This document shows, piece by piece, positions 63,066-64,000 of a stretch of 64,000 bases of DNA. The DNA comes from Elusimicrobiota bacterium. GTDB taxonomy: Bacteria > Elusimicrobiota > UBA8919. The notes beneath the pieces are model-generated. The model was not told where the DNA came from. It saw only the letters and a program-made list of their open reading frames with translations, and did no database searches. The position numbers and the translations under genes were made by a program. The stretch is taken from NCBI GenBank assembly GCA_016928195.1, contig JAFGLF010000018.1:30731-94730 (forward strand), in the 5' to 3' direction. Positions within the stretch are counted from its first letter, which is position 1. Each line of letters starts with the position of its first letter.

Positions 63066-63206
63066 CTTTTCCTCTCCTCTTCGTCCCAATACATCGGGAC
63101 TCATACACAAATTACCACAAATTAACTACCGAATTACCGCTAATCTAATCCGCCGCGGCGGACGAATATTCGCGTTACTTTTTCATTTGCGTTTATTCGC
63201 GTTCTT
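63066..63206. repeat. word array + TCCGCCGCGGCGGA palindrome spacer
   Basis: GTCCC...GGGAC hairpin. CACAAATTACCACAAATTAACTACCGAATTACCGCTAAT. Palindrome 63149-63162. Then ACGAATATTCGCGT, ATTTGCG and ATTCGCG. Confidence 0.85.
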
Positions 63207-64000
63207 CTATTCGGCTTCTCTTATCTTTGTAAACTTTATAATGCTTTCCGAGAAACTATTTAAAATAATCGAAATTATGTACACAAATATTGCCAAGGCA
63301 ACAGACAGAAAAATAGCAAAAATAATACTCTGCGATAAAAGAGAAATAAAAATCGTTATACCAAGTATAACCCCGGCAACCATCGAAAGCCTTGATAAAA
63401 ACTTAAACGCATTTGAAATCCTTTCAAGTGAACGATATGGGGTAATCGCCAGTTTTTCTATAGGGGCAGAAACCTGTAATGTATTACCGCAGTTTTTGCA
63501 ATACCATGATTTTAAAGAATTTTTTGTTTTGCAGGAATCACAGACTTTTATCGCTTCTCCCACCAACTGTTTTCTTTTAAAAATATAAAGCTTCTCAACA
63601 AGCCCTATAACAAACCATAAATTCATTCCTGCCACTGCACCGGCAAATGCCTCGATGTATCTTTCGGCAAGCCAACCTGAAGAATGAGTCGGTTGTGCCA
63701 ATTCCGCCCAGTATAACTCGGAACCTAAAACACCCCCGAATGCTCCTCCTATTATACCGGCAAGTAATCCAATCAAAATTTTATTCCGTTTCTTTTCGAT
63801 TATACCGCTTGTTGTCCCTATAAAAAGTCCAATAACTGCCCATGAACATGAATGCGCAATTAAATATGCTAATTGAGTAGAAGTGTTAAGCCCGGTAATG
63901 ATAGGAATATTTATTAAACCTCCAAGTACTCCGCCAATACATCCTAAAATTCCCCCTAAAAATGCTTTATAAGACGAATGCTCAATAATTCCCCCGACAC
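63207..64000 (-). CDS. glycine-zipper membrane protein with zinc-ribbon (5-prime partial at window edge)
   Basis: The frame stays open upstream of the TTG at 63776 all the way to position 64000. Gly-rich TM helices (GGILGCIGGVLGG, GIIGGAFGGVLG). A CDSC...CKNC ribbon. Confidence 0.5.
   Translation of the reverse strand, partial: VGGIIEHSSYKAFLGGILGCIGGVLGGLINIPIITGLNTSTQLAYLIAHSCSWAVIGLFIGTTSGIIEKKRNKILIGLLAGIIGGAFGGVLGSELYWAELAQPTHSSGWLAERYIEAFAGAVAGMNLWFVIGLVEKLYIFKRKQLVGEAIKVCDSCKTKNSLKSWYCKNCGNTLQVSAPIEKLAITPYRSLERISNAFKFLSRLSMVAGVILGITIFISLLSQSIIFAIFLSVALAIFVYIISIILNSFSESIIKFTKIREAE

Overview
AT-rich 64-kb chromosomal segment from what looks like an uncultivated diderm bacterium. I call about 66 genes, and every credible one lies on the minus strand. 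All plus-strand ORFs in the track are antisense shadows. Most of the window is housekeeping. It includes pheA-hisC and a partial dcw cluster (murC-murB-ddl-ftsQ-ftsA-ftsZ, then pilT and pgeF). It also includes ispG, rseP-dxr-cdsA-uppS, frr, tsf-rpsB, xerC/D-topA-dprA, rnhB-rplS-trmD-rpsP, rpe, fmt-def-priA, a split coaC/coaB, gmk and a phosphohexomutase. Two regions are accessory. (1) 1-5009 is a tight four-gene restriction cassette: an SPPY methyltransferase, a candidate endonuclease, a GmrSD-like DUF262/DUF1524 enzyme and a beta-class methyltransferase. It abuts hisC. (2) 35.7-44.6 kb is the most interesting locus. It holds a HEAT-repeat membrane protein, a processive GT2 synthase and a TPR/beta-barrel porin, followed by a small secreted Arg-Gly-repeat protein. 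That protein ends in a non-canonical sorting-signal-like tail (VPGIP, TM helix, KKK). Next come a minimal exosortase and an EpsI domain fused to a large extra domain. The third notable feature is the spacer architecture. Almost every inter-operon gap is built from helically phased 7-nt words (CGCGAAT, CTGATAC, CAGATG or ACGGATT types). The words form a forward block and a reverse block around GC-rich palindromic cores. Related GC-rich or word modules also sit in frame inside ispG, fmt, coaB and ddl, and between coaC and coaB. No rRNA, tRNA, CRISPR array or transposase was seen. All family calls come from motifs read by eye; no searches were run.
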